A stretch of DNA of 64,000 nucleotides, taken from assembly GCA_964613815.1 (NCBI GenBank), contig CAZTKG010000001.1, forward strand, positions 136,895 to 200,894. Reading direction: 5' to 3'. Position numbers and translations under genes: made by a program. Each line of letters starts with the position of its first letter. Positions within the stretch are counted from its first letter, which is position 1. The stretch is from an uncultured Gammaproteobacteria bacterium. Its GTDB lineage: Bacteria > Patescibacteriota > Patescibacteriia > UBA9934. Of the stretch, positions 9,749 to 19,019 are shown piece after piece. The notes below the pieces were generated by a model, which did not search any database, was not told the DNA's origin, and saw nothing but the letters and a program-made list of their open reading frames with translations.

Positions 9749-11020
9749 TTACTGGCGTTTTTTCTTTTCTTCTTTGACGCGTCTTTTGATTGATCGCGAC
9801 AGCGTAACCTCTCCTTTCTTCTTGATCATACCACTCTTGGGAAGCGTGAACCAAAAGGTTGTCCCCTTCCCCATCGTTGAGGAAAAGCCGATTTCTCCGC
9901 CGGATGAGTCGACGATTGCTTTTGTGATGTAGAGACCGAGGCCGTTGCCGTCTGTGACGGAGCTTACGGCGTTGTCTGCGCGGAAGAATTTGGAGAAAAT
10001 GCGTTCTTGTTGTTCGTCTGGAATCCCGAGGCCGTCGTCGGTGATTTTAATTTTGATCATGTCGTTTGTTTGCGAGGATGCAATAGTGACATGTCCGCCT
10101 TCTGGCGTGTACTTGAGCGCGTTTGTCGTGAGGTTCATGACGACTTCGTGGATGAGGGATGGGTCTAAGTTGATTTGCGGGATTGTCTCGTCCTCTTCTA
10201 ACTTTACGTTTTGCTTCTTTTTTTCAATAAGCGCCTTTACGTCTTCTATCACTCCTCCAATAATCTCGCCCAGCGCTGTTGGGACAGGGTTTACCTGAAT
10301 TCTTCCGGACTCGATACGAGATACGTCGAGTAATGACCGAACGAGGCCTGCCATTCTATCTAATGACTTGGACATTTCTTTGATGTAGTCACCTTGCTCC
10401 TCGTTGAGTTTTCCCGCGTCTCCGTCGAGAAGCATCTCTGCATACCAACGAATTGAACTGAGCGGGGTGCGGAGCTGATGAGAGGCGACAGAGATGAATT
10501 CGCTTTTCATTTTGTCGATCGCTCGTTCGCGGCCGACGTCTCGAAAGACGACGATTGCGCCTTCGATTTCGCCGTGGACGACAAGCGGCGCTGCGGTGAC
10601 GTCGACCTCGATCTTGTGACCATCTGCATGATCAAATGTGAAGTCTGATGGACCTTTGACGGCAGATTTTTCCTTCATGCACTGCGTGACCGGTAGCTCG
10701 TCGGCGGAGGCGATGGACGTTCCTGCCGATCCCTGCCTGAGGAGTTCGAGTGCGGATTTACCGATAACGTCTTCGCTCACACGTCCAATGATTTTTTTGC
10801 CGGCACGGTTCATGAAGGTGATGTTTCCGTCGTGGTCTACCACGAATACCCCGTCCTCCATGGCGGCGAGGATAGCGTCGTTCTTTTGCGCCTGACGCTC
10901 CGCCTCATCTTTCTCGGCTTGGACGTCTTCTAGCACGCTCAATAATGATCGACGTGCATCTTCTGCGTACTGTTTTTCTGAGGTGACTTTGTAGTCGATT
11001 TTTTGATCTTCGCTTGGCAT
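9749..11020 (-). CDS. Cytoplasmic PAS-domain sensor histidine kinase
   Basis: PAS, H-box SHQLRTPL, N-box NALKY, DDGLGI, F-box, GNGLGL. Confidence 0.93.
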   Translation of the reverse strand: MPSEDQKIDYKVTSEKQYAEDARRSLLSVLEDVQAEKDEAERQAQKNDAILAAMEDGVFVVDHDGNITFMNRAGKKIIGRVSEDVIGKSALELLRQGSAGTSIASADELPVTQCMKEKSAVKGPSDFTFDHADGHKIEVDVTAAPLVVHGEIEGAIVVFRDVGRERAIDKMKSEFISVASHQLRTPLSSIRWYAEMLLDGDAGKLNEEQGDYIKEMSKSLDRMAGLVRSLLDVSRIESGRIQVNPVPTALGEIIGGVIEDVKALIEKKKQNVKLEEDETIPQINLDPSLIHEVVMNLTTNALKYTPEGGHVTIASSQTNDMIKIKITDDGLGIPDEQQERIFSKFFRADNAVSSVTDGNGLGLYITKAIVDSSGGEIGFSSTMGKGTTFWFTLPKSGMIKKKGEVTLSRSIKRRVKEEKKKRQ

Positions 11021-11109
11021 ATGTGAGAGTACTATACCATTTTCATGCCCATGACTTTCTCTCTGAGAATTGTATTCGTGCTAAGATCATTGCAAAGAAA
11101 ATCTTGCCT

Positions 11110-12477
11110 GTGGACAACTTGCTTCGGAACTTGATCAAGGAGGAACATGTACGTATTGAGGGTACGGCGAATTGTATTGCGAGCGAATCATACCCCTCGC
11201 AGGATGTTATTGATGCTGCGGCAAACGTGTTTACGGCGAAATATCAGATGGGCCTTCCCTACTCACGTGATGAGGATGGCGCGATTGATCGGTCGCGGCC
11301 GAGCCGTCTGTATGCAGGGACGCGCGTTTATGATCAGGTTGAGCTTCGAGCGATTGATGAATTGTTGAAGCTGTTTGGCTTGCGGGAGCTTGGGGATAGT
11401 TGGGCGAGCGTACAACCACTGTCTGGATCTCATGCGAATCTTTCTGTTTACCATGCGTTTTTGGGACGTGATGTTCGCGCTGTTGGATTTAATGCTGACC
11501 ATGGTGGACACTTCTCTCATGGAGACTCGCGATCGATCACGCAGCTTTCGGCAAATTGGGTGCAGTACGGAGTGACTTCATCTGGCCATATTGATTACGA
11601 TCAGATTGAAACGCTTTGTAAGCACTATCAACCTCGACTCTTGCAGGTTGGTGGCTCAACGATCGGGACGATTGTGAACTTTGAGCGCATTCGATCGATT
11701 GCTGATGCTTGTAATGTGCCGTATGTGATGGCGGACATCGCGCACACGGCAGGGCTTGTCGCGGCGCGTGTTGGGAAGTTTCAACAAGACGCGTTCGTGC
11801 CGTGGAAATGGTGTGATATTGTGACCACAACGACGCACAAAACGTTGCGTGGGATTTCTGGTGGAGCGATTCTTCTGCCGGATGGCCGGATGCTGAATTC
11901 GTGCGGGGTTTCGAATGATGCTGGACGGGTTTTGATGAATGCTGAAGTGCTTGAGGCGGCTATTTGTCCTGGCACCACGGCGAAGTCACCTGGGAATACC
12001 GTGCTCGCGAAGGCGGTCGGGTTTGCGGAAGGTCAGACGGATGCATTTCGTGATTGGGCGCAGCGCGTCGTTGATCATGCCGTTGCTATTGATAGGGCCC
12101 TGCGGCGTGAAGGCATTCCGTTGTTTGGAGTCGAGACAGAATCGCATTGTATTTTGATAGACACTGGCAGTCTCGGCTTTAGCGGTGCGCAGGTTCAGGA
12201 GGCGCTTGAAACGGCGAACATCATTACCAATGCTTGTTCACTCCCTCTTGCTGGTCATGACCTTGGCGGCGTGCGGATTGGAAGTACTGCGCTCACGTGC
12301 CGATTAGGGTTTGATGTCGATTCTGCGAATGCATTTGCGAAACTCCTTGCTCGCGCGATTAAATCTACCAACGATGAGAGCGCTCTCCGTGGTATCGGCG
12401 CTGAAGTCGTCTCTTTGATGAAACAATTTCCTATATATGGAGCAGTATCACAACATTCTCGTCCGCCAGATTCGTAA
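11110..12477 (+). CDS. glyA: Serine hydroxymethyltransferase-like PLP enzyme, divergent (start uncertain; ORF open from 11014)
   Basis: IASE, QPLSGSHAN, GGHFSHG, DIAHTAGLV, TTTTHKTLRG (PLP Lys), GVRIG; several canonical residues are substituted. Confidence 0.75.
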   Translation: MDNLLRNLIKEEHVRIEGTANCIASESYPSQDVIDAAANVFTAKYQMGLPYSRDEDGAIDRSRPSRLYAGTRVYDQVELRAIDELLKLFGLRELGDSWASVQPLSGSHANLSVYHAFLGRDVRAVGFNADHGGHFSHGDSRSITQLSANWVQYGVTSSGHIDYDQIETLCKHYQPRLLQVGGSTIGTIVNFERIRSIADACNVPYVMADIAHTAGLVAARVGKFQQDAFVPWKWCDIVTTTTHKTLRGISGGAILLPDGRMLNSCGVSNDAGRVLMNAEVLEAAICPGTTAKSPGNTVLAKAVGFAEGQTDAFRDWAQRVVDHAVAIDRALRREGIPLFGVETESHCILIDTGSLGFSGAQVQEALETANIITNACSLPLAGHDLGGVRIGSTALTCRLGFDVDSANAFAKLLARAIKSTNDESALRGIGAEVVSLMKQFPIYGAVSQHSRPPDS

Positions 12478-12772
12478 GTTTTTGGCTGGAAAATCTTGTG
12501 AGCATGATCATAATGATTTTCTGGAGTCTGTTAGCGATACGTATACGCACGCGGATGAGGATCATGATTTGATTGAGCGTTCGCTTGATATTAGCTCCAA
12601 AGAATTGACGTCGATCAATGAGCAGTTGCGTGGGGAGATTAAACGGACAAAAGAGCAGGCCGATGAGTTGCGACGGCTCAATAAGGTGATGATTGGACGC
12701 GAGCTACGCATCATCGAATTAAAACAAGAAGTAAATTCACTACTTAATTCTAATAAGTATAAAGTCGAATAG
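12437..12772 (+). CDS. Small coiled-coil protein resembling the N-terminus of FIST-associated kinases
   Basis: HNILVRQIRKFL...FLESVSDTY...LIERSLDISSKEL followed by MIGRELRIIELKQEV. Confidence 0.7.
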   Translation: MEQYHNILVRQIRKFLAGKSCEHDHNDFLESVSDTYTHADEDHDLIERSLDISSKELTSINEQLRGEIKRTKEQADELRRLNKVMIGRELRIIELKQEVNSLLNSNKYKVE

Positions 12773-12775
12773 CCT

Positions 12776-13906
12776 ATGCGTGTTGAACAAAAGCGGTGGA
12801 CCACTGATGGGTGGTCAGACGTGCGTGCGTTTGAAGGTGAGGCGAGTGCTCAGCTCGTTCTTGCGTTTGGTGGAAAAGCTGCGGTGATGGATGCGGATCG
12901 ATATAACGAGATGAAGGAGATGTATCCTGATGCGAACATTATTAGCTGCTCGACAGCTGGGGAGATTTTGGAAACGAGCGTTACAGACGATCAGATTGGA
13001 CTTGCGGCCGTCGCTTTTGACTCAACGGAGCTAAAGTTTGCTCAAGAGAGTATCGACAATGCTGATCAGAGTGAGGAGGTTGGTGCCAAGCTTGCGGGTG
13101 ATCTTGCTCCTGATGGTTTGCAGCATGTCCTTGTGTTTTCTGATGGAACGAAGGTGAATGGAACTGGGCTTGTGAAGGGACTGACAGATAATCTTCCTGA
13201 GAGTGTTTCTGTTACCGGCGGCCTTGTTGGTGACGGTGCGAACTTTAAGGAGACGGCTGTTGGGTTTAATGCTGCAGCAACACCTGGAAGTATCGTTGTT
13301 GTGGGACTTTATGGGGACTCTATTGAGGTCGGGTACGGCTCTCTTGGAGGTTGGGATCCGTTCGGCCCCGAAAGAACGATTACAAAGGCTGATGGAGGCG
13401 TACTGTTTGAGCTTGACGGTCAACCGGCGCTTAAGCTTTACAAAGAATATCTTGGTGATCAGGCGAAGGACTTGCCAGGATCTGGACTACTCTTCCCTCT
13501 TGCGCTTGAGGTTGATGGTGTGGAAGTTGTGCGGACGCTTCTTGGGGTGGATGAAGAGGCTCAGAGCATGACGTTTGCTGGAACGATGCCTGAGGGCGTG
13601 AAGGCGAAGTTGATGAAAGCGAATTTTGATCGACTTGTTGAGGGTGCGGCTGGAGCTGCTGCTTTGAATGCGGATAATATGAAAGATGGCGCTCAGCTTG
13701 GGATCTTGATTAGTTGTATTGGGCGGAAGCTTGTTTTGAAAGAGCGGATTGAGGATGAGATTGATGCGGTTCGGGAGAAGCTTGGGGAGAATGTGCCGCT
13801 GATTGGGTTTTACTCGTATGGAGAGATTTGTCCGACGAGTCCGACGGAGAAACAATGTCAGCTGCATAATCAGACGATGACGATTACGACGCTGCGGGAG
13901 AAATAA
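12776..13906 (+). CDS. FIST N/C domain signal-transduction protein
   Basis: CSTAGEI, TGGLVGDG, GWDPFGPER, ELDGQPAL, ISCIGRK, GFYSYGEI. Confidence 0.9.
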   Translation: MRVEQKRWTTDGWSDVRAFEGEASAQLVLAFGGKAAVMDADRYNEMKEMYPDANIISCSTAGEILETSVTDDQIGLAAVAFDSTELKFAQESIDNADQSEEVGAKLAGDLAPDGLQHVLVFSDGTKVNGTGLVKGLTDNLPESVSVTGGLVGDGANFKETAVGFNAAATPGSIVVVGLYGDSIEVGYGSLGGWDPFGPERTITKADGGVLFELDGQPALKLYKEYLGDQAKDLPGSGLLFPLALEVDGVEVVRTLLGVDEEAQSMTFAGTMPEGVKAKLMKANFDRLVEGAAGAAALNADNMKDGAQLGILISCIGRKLVLKERIEDEIDAVREKLGENVPLIGFYSYGEICPTSPTEKQCQLHNQTMTITTLREK

Positions 13907-13930
13907 GAAAACGGCCTTCGGGCCGTTTTT
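13907..13930 (+). terminator. Intrinsic terminator
   Basis: AAAACGGCC-TTCG-GGCCGTTTTT. Confidence 0.8.
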
Positions 13931-13949
13931 TCTATCCAACAATTTACCC

Positions 13950-13997
13950 TCCCATCTCGACCCTGCGGAGAGATCTCTCCATAAGGTCGAGATGGGA
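13950..13997. repeat. Family A palindromic REP-like element
   Basis: TCCCATCTCGACC...GGAGAGATCTCTCC...GGTCGAGATGGGA. Confidence 0.9.
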
Positions 13998-14056
13998 ACG
14001 AAGGAGCTGTGTTCATTGTTCATAAAAAATCCTGCATATTTATGCAGGATTATGCG

Positions 14057-14596
14057 TCATGCAGCTGCGTAGAGCACGCCGCTGAGATGATCTTCGATGC
14101 GCTCTCCGTCGAGTCGTAGGACAAATCGTCGGTTGGGTTTGTAGTCGCTCTCGTACCAGATGAGACGGAATCCCATTGAACGGTAGAGCGTTCTGGCTGC
14201 CACTCTTCCTGGCTCGCTGATGAGCCTGAGGTAAGGCATGCCTCGCTCGGTGGCGAGCCTGATCAGCTCGGTCATGATGGCTCTGCCGAATTGGCGACCG
14301 CGATAGTCTGGGTGCACCAGGACATCGAAGATCTCGCCTTCTGGACTGCAGTCCTTGAGTCTGCCGCCTGCAATTGCCTCGCCGGTGGCATCGTCAACGA
14401 TCACGACCGTGGTAACCCGCCTGACTCCGGCGAATGTCTGGGCATATCGTATGCATGCCTGCCGTGCCAGCCACTCGTAGTTCTCGTGGTCCTTGTCGAG
14501 GATGAGCGCTGCGAGTTCGTGGCCGTGCTCTGCGATGAGGCGCTTGAGTAGGTGACCTGTCTCGATCTGCAGGGTGAAACCGGATGGTAGAATCAT
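14057..14596 (-). CDS. GNAT family N-acetyltransferase (cassette gene)
   Basis: VHPDYRGRQFGRAIM acetyl-CoA motif, ARTLYRSMGF; SD AAGGAGG before ATG 14596. Confidence 0.85.
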   Translation of the reverse strand: MILPSGFTLQIETGHLLKRLIAEHGHELAALILDKDHENYEWLARQACIRYAQTFAGVRRVTTVVIVDDATGEAIAGGRLKDCSPEGEIFDVLVHPDYRGRQFGRAIMTELIRLATERGMPYLRLISEPGRVAARTLYRSMGFRLIWYESDYKPNRRFVLRLDGERIEDHLSGVLYAAA

Positions 14597-14616
14597 GTTC
14601 CCTCCTTGGGACAAAG

Positions 14617-14645
14617 ACCGTGCCCTGTTTTTTGACTTTTGTCAA
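14617..14645 (-). promoter_or_regulatory. Sigma70-like promoter
   Basis: TTGACA-17 nt-CACGGT. Confidence 0.55.
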
Positions 14646-14671
14646 TAAAAAAGCACCAAGCTCAGCTTGGG

Positions 14672-15430
14672 CTAGAAACGAATGGTCGTGCGGCCACCGG
14701 TGATCACGACTCTCTTTCTCGCGACGATGTCGCTTCCGTCTGCGAGCAAAACGGTGACAACCTCTCCCTGCTCGAAGCCGATGAGTTCGACGCTGCCAGA
14801 AGTGACGAGCGTTGCGAGGACTGGCTGGAAGTTGTTGTGGAAGACAATGCTAACGATGGTGGGCGGCTTGCCGTTGACGAGGAGGCCTACGGTGTAGTTG
14901 CAGTGACGCAGGTTTTTGAGCGTCACAACCGAGTCGTCTGCTGGAGCCTTGATGCGCGCAGAGAGGCTCCGGCCACGTTTGCGGATGGTCTGCGTGGTTC
15001 TGATCTCTGGGCAGCTATGCGCGCCGGGCTGGTCTTCGAACCAGTCTTGGATGTGTTCCCAGTTTGCTCCGGTGCGATGTCTGCTTGGCACACTGCAGAT
15101 TCTTGGCTCGATCTCGACCAGGCACTTGAAGCTGTCTACTGCCTGGTCGAACCGGAGGCTGTAGAGATGCCGCTTTGCCTGCGCGAGGGCAGTGATTGCT
15201 TCTTGGCAGCGTCGCTGACTGCATCCGTCGCGACACATCAGGTGCACGAAGCTCTCTGCCTCTCCAGTTGCGATGGCGAGGATTCTGATGAGGTCTTCGT
15301 GGTTCCCCGAGCGCTGGTAGGCCTCTGCGGCACGGACTTGGCTCTTGAGAGCCGTGTGGACCACGAGCACCGGATCGTCTCCAGCTATCGCGGATGTGAG
15401 GAGTGATAAAAGAAGCAATAATACGTTCAT
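14672..15430 (-). CDS. Secreted orphan protein (cassette gene)
   Basis: Signal peptide MNVLLLLLSLLTSAIA; SD AGGAG; Cys pairs. Confidence 0.7.
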   Translation of the reverse strand: MNVLLLLLSLLTSAIAGDDPVLVVHTALKSQVRAAEAYQRSGNHEDLIRILAIATGEAESFVHLMCRDGCSQRRCQEAITALAQAKRHLYSLRFDQAVDSFKCLVEIEPRICSVPSRHRTGANWEHIQDWFEDQPGAHSCPEIRTTQTIRKRGRSLSARIKAPADDSVVTLKNLRHCNYTVGLLVNGKPPTIVSIVFHNNFQPVLATLVTSGSVELIGFEQGEVVTVLLADGSDIVARKRVVITGGRTTIRF

Positions 15431-15451
15431 GAACTCTCCTGTGGCGCGCTG

Positions 15452-15480
15452 AGATTAGTCTGTTTTCTTGATTTTGTCAA
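15452..15480 (-). promoter_or_regulatory. Sigma70-like promoter
   Basis: TTGACA-17 nt-TAATCT. Confidence 0.65.
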
Positions 15481-15514
15481 GGATAAAAACAACCCGCCAG
15501 ATGGCAGGTATGAT

Positions 15515-16162
15515 CTATTCTACGCTGATGACGCCCGTCCTGAGCCCATCTTCTGTTCCAATGCAGGCGTAGTAGCCGGGGTTGCCGTGGACGATGATCT
15601 GGTGGGCGAATACCGTGCTCTTGGAGTTCCTGGGATTGCGACAGTCTCTCTCCCAGGAGTAGACGACGCGGACGCGGCCATGTGTTGAGACGATGACGAC
15701 AGCTTCTACATAGCGGTGCTGATCGCCGATGCGTTCGATGTGCCAGTCGCGGTACTTGTATGGCTCATCTTTGATAATGGTCAGCAGATCGTTTCCGATG
15801 ACCCCTCTGCGCTTTGAGCCTTCTGGGACGCATTCGCCGGACAGGGCCGGCTGTGCGCCGTAGAGGCTAGCGAGTGCCATGCTGTTATTCCCGGCCGCGT
15901 GCTCAGCGAGCATTTGCTGAAGATAGCCCTCGAGGTCGTCGGCATTCCCGAGACACTCTTGCCCGTAATTCCGGATCCATGCGCGACCGAGGCTTGCCGC
16001 TTGCTGGATCTGAGCGTTGAATCGGCTTGTGTTGTTGTCGTCCAACGCCTTCTGTGCGTTGGAATGGATTGCCACCATCTGAATAGCGAGTCTGTCACGG
16101 CGCTCTTCTGCGTCGGTCACGATGGAGGCGAGAGCGGATGAAATGAGAAATAGCCAGAACAT
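15515..16162 (-). CDS. Secreted orphan protein (cassette gene)
   Basis: Short signal MFWLFLISSALA; SD AAGGAG; promoter TTGACA-17-TATCAA at 16186..16214. Confidence 0.7.
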   Translation of the reverse strand: MFWLFLISSALASIVTDAEERRDRLAIQMVAIHSNAQKALDDNNTSRFNAQIQQAASLGRAWIRNYGQECLGNADDLEGYLQQMLAEHAAGNNSMALASLYGAQPALSGECVPEGSKRRGVIGNDLLTIIKDEPYKYRDWHIERIGDQHRYVEAVVIVSTHGRVRVVYSWERDCRNPRNSKSTVFAHQIIVHGNPGYYACIGTEDGLRTGVISVE

Positions 16163-16234
16163 ATTCTCTCCTTGCGTGCGTGTCGTTGATACCTTGTTTT
16201 CTTCTTTTTGTCAATAAAGTCCCACTCCCCACCC

Positions 16235-16308
16235 TCCCATCTCGACCTTGCGGAGAGATCTCTTCGGATGCCGGATACTGCAAGATCTCTCCGCAAGGTC
16301 GAGATGGG
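16235..16308. repeat. Family A palindromic REP-like element
   Basis: Inverted arms TCCCATCTCGACCTTGCGGAGAGATCT / AGATCTCTCCGCAAGGTCGAGATGGG. Confidence 0.9.
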
Positions 16309-16370
16309 GGGGACTGGATGAGGCCTTGTATAAAAAAGAACCACGACTTGCGTGGTTTACGACGATGTCA

Positions 16371-16952
16371 TCAGAGACCGAGCATCCTGCCGATACGGAC
16401 GAAGGCGCGGTAGAAGTTGTGCTGCCGCGTGTACTGACGCGCCTTGTCGGCGTAGATGTCGCACATCACGCCCGCCGTGCACTGGCGCTCGGCGTTTGCG
16501 ATGAGGCCTGCCATCAACTCATCGAGCTCGTCGTCCATGTCGCTCTCGAGGAGATGCACAGCGAGGGTCTTGGCCTCGTTGAGGTCGACCTGGACCGAGT
16601 TGGGTTCCGCGTGTGTCCCCACGTCTTCGAGGGTCTTGATGAGGCGAGCCATGGCGTTGAAGATGTCGTCGCTGAGCACTGCGACCTCTGTCCACCTGTT
16701 GCAGATGATCATTGCAGAGGTCCCGGCGTCGACATGCTGGTCACCGTAGGCATGGTTCCAGTGCCATACCTCCCGGCAGAACCTTGCCACTTCGGCGCGC
16801 GGGCTGATGTCGGTCTGACCCTGGGCCATCATGAGTTTGGCGTCGAGGACCTGCGTGGTCATCTCCGAGAGAATCTGGTCGGTGGCGTGGCTGCACTCGG
16901 CAGCCGAGGCAGCGGCCCATGAGAGGAGGAGGGTGAAGAGGAGGTTGAGCAT
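16371..16952 (-). CDS. Secreted all-helical orphan protein (cassette gene)
   Basis: Signal MLNLLFTLLLSWAAASA; SD GGAG; promoter TTGACA-17-TAACCT at 16982..17010. Confidence 0.7.
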   Translation of the reverse strand: MLNLLFTLLLSWAAASAAECSHATDQILSEMTTQVLDAKLMMAQGQTDISPRAEVARFCREVWHWNHAYGDQHVDAGTSAMIICNRWTEVAVLSDDIFNAMARLIKTLEDVGTHAEPNSVQVDLNEAKTLAVHLLESDMDDELDELMAGLIANAERQCTAGVMCDIYADKARQYTRQHNFYRAFVRIGRMLGL

Positions 16953-17051
16953 GTGCTTCTCCGTGTTGAATGAGCGATGGAAGGTTAGCGGAAATGTTGC
17001 TTTTTGTCAATTGTTTTGTGCTAAAAAACAGCCGCTTTGGCTGTTTTTTGC

Positions 17052-17555
17052 TTATTTCGCTACCGTGATCTCTTCCTTATTCTCACTCTCACATGACCTG
17101 ATGTGAACGATGCCCGTTGAGTCTCTTTGAAGCGTATACCCGCTTCCGTTTGGCGAGCCTGTACTCCATTCTATTGCTCCGGATCCGCTGACCGGGATGC
17201 TTCCGAGATACCCTTCTGTTTTGAGGAAGTCGAGGTTGACGCAGTGGCCTGAGCTTGTGACTGGGACGTCGCAGGTTGAGTTGCAGCCTGAGGTCATGCC
17301 GCTTGCGATCATGTAGACTTCGCCGGCGTTCAAGTTTGCGATGTTGTCGTGGTAGCTGCCGCCGTTGTCGATCTGGTCTACCTTGATAGCGTTTAGCGTT
17401 TCTACGATGTCTGCCACTCGCTTAGCGTCTCTTGCGTCTGCGAATCTTGTTGCCGGATCGAGGGCGACGAAGACGATGCCTGCAAGCGTTGCGATGATCG
17501 CGATGACGATGAGGAGCTCAATGAGCGTGAAGCCTTTTTGGTTTGATGGGTTCAT
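17052..17555 (-). CDS. Type IV pilin (candidate major pilin)
   Basis: Prepilin cleavage/methylation motif KGFTLIELLIVIAII; ARDAKR. Confidence 0.9.
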   Translation of the reverse strand: MNPSNQKGFTLIELLIVIAIIATLAGIVFVALDPATRFADARDAKRVADIVETLNAIKVDQIDNGGSYHDNIANLNAGEVYMIASGMTSGCNSTCDVPVTSSGHCVNLDFLKTEGYLGSIPVSGSGAIEWSTGSPNGSGYTLQRDSTGIVHIRSCESENKEEITVAK

Positions 17556-17586
17556 ACGGGTCTATTTGATGGAAAGTATATCATGA

Positions 17587-18573
17587 CTAGAGGAAATTTG
17601 GCTCAGATTCGATCCCTTGTCGGTGTTTTTTGCGCATACCGGCGCCGATCGCTGCGAGGAATTTGTGGGTCATTTGAGGCTCTACGTCTGGGAGGGCCAT
17701 GAGGGCTCCTACCTGTTCGATGTCGGTATCGAGGATGGCGCCCTGACATGCCGCGAGCGTTTTTTCTGTTGAAGCCTCTGTTCCGGCGAGGATGAGTTTA
17801 GGAATGGTGAACTTGCGTTTTTTGAGGAAAGTCATGGTCTCGTTGACGGCGTCTGTGATCGATTTGAGCATATCTGCGTCGAGCTGGATCAGCTCCCCTG
17901 TTCCGGTATCTGTGTGAGGCCGAATAGCCATTGAGCGAGAGAAAATGGCGAGACCGTGACGATTGTAAACGACGATGTTGATCCATCTGTAGCCGATGTC
18001 AACGAGGAGATCTACTTGCGTTTCTGGGTATGCTTTAGCTGGATCGCCGAGAACTGGAAGAAGTGCCCTGTAGATTGACATGTGTGCCGGTTCTGCAAAT
18101 TCTAAGGTGATCTGTGGATTGTGGATGACGATCTGCTCGTAGGCCTGCACGATTTCTTTTTGGATCGCAAAAAGTCCAACCATTGGGGTTTCTCCGCGTT
18201 CTGGCTTGGGGACATAGACGCCCACGCTTGATTTTTGGAAGGGGATCGGAATTTTTTGCTGCGCGCGTTTTTTGAGGTCTGGAATTTGGTCCTCTACCCT
18301 CCCCTCTGCTGCGCGGAAGCTTGCGGAGAAGGCTCTTGATTCGGGGATGATGAGGGTCGCGCCTGCGGACTTTGTGGCGATTTTCCCGGATGTGAAGAGC
18401 TCGGTGACTAAGTCCGCTGCGCGTTTTGGATTGATGACACGGTCGTCGATGATGTCGCCGTGTGGAATGACGACTTCATGCAGACCCTTTAAGCTCAGCG
18501 AGGAGCTGAGATGTGCAAGGCGGACGTGATGATCTGAAATTTCGATCCCGATTCTGTCTTGAAAAAGCTTCAT
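17587..18573 (-). CDS. pilM: PilM-like actin-fold pilus assembly protein (start ATG 18573)
   Basis: IGIEISD, LLVDIG, LILAG, AAIGAG motifs; located in the pilus operon. Confidence 0.7.
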   Translation of the reverse strand: MKLFQDRIGIEISDHHVRLAHLSSSLSLKGLHEVVIPHGDIIDDRVINPKRAADLVTELFTSGKIATKSAGATLIIPESRAFSASFRAAEGRVEDQIPDLKKRAQQKIPIPFQKSSVGVYVPKPERGETPMVGLFAIQKEIVQAYEQIVIHNPQITLEFAEPAHMSIYRALLPVLGDPAKAYPETQVDLLVDIGYRWINIVVYNRHGLAIFSRSMAIRPHTDTGTGELIQLDADMLKSITDAVNETMTFLKKRKFTIPKLILAGTEASTEKTLAACQGAILDTDIEQVGALMALPDVEPQMTHKFLAAIGAGMRKKHRQGIESEPNFL

Positions 18574-19019
18574 AGCTCTTGCCAGGTTAGCATGCCGATA
18601 TCGCCCGACATGTTGGCGGTTATTTCTATTTCTTCTGTGTAGTTGTCGATGGTTGCCTGCGCGCGGATCGTGCATGTCCCTGCGCATGGCGCGCCGATCA
18701 CCTGCATGGTGCAATACCCTTCCCCGACCGCGAATGATCCTCCTGTGTAGTCTGGGTTGCGGTAAACGCCGAGCATTGCCTCGCGCGCGCACGTCTCTGC
18801 CATGAGTGAGGCGTAGAGCCCCTGCTTGGCATTGAGGCCCGTTTCTAGGTTTGTGGTTGCAGATATTCCCACAGCGAACATGAAGAGGAAGATGAGGGCT
18901 GTGAACGCGAAAATAGCGAGCAAGCCTGCACTGCCGCCCTGGCTAGTCTTGATCGATTGGAATGCGGATTGCTGTCTGGAATTCCTGCTCGAATTGGTAA
19001 TAAGGTCCGTTGCCTCCAT
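18570..19019 (-). CDS. PilX-like minor pilin (start uncertain)
   Basis: QGGSAGLLAIF hydrophobic helix, AETCAREA; operon position. Confidence 0.6.
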   Translation of the reverse strand: MEATDLITNSSRNSRQQSAFQSIKTSQGGSAGLLAIFAFTALIFLFMFAVGISATTNLETGLNAKQGLYASLMAETCAREAMLGVYRNPDYTGGSFAVGEGYCTMQVIGAPCAGTCTIRAQATIDNYTEEIEITANMSGDIGMLTWQEL

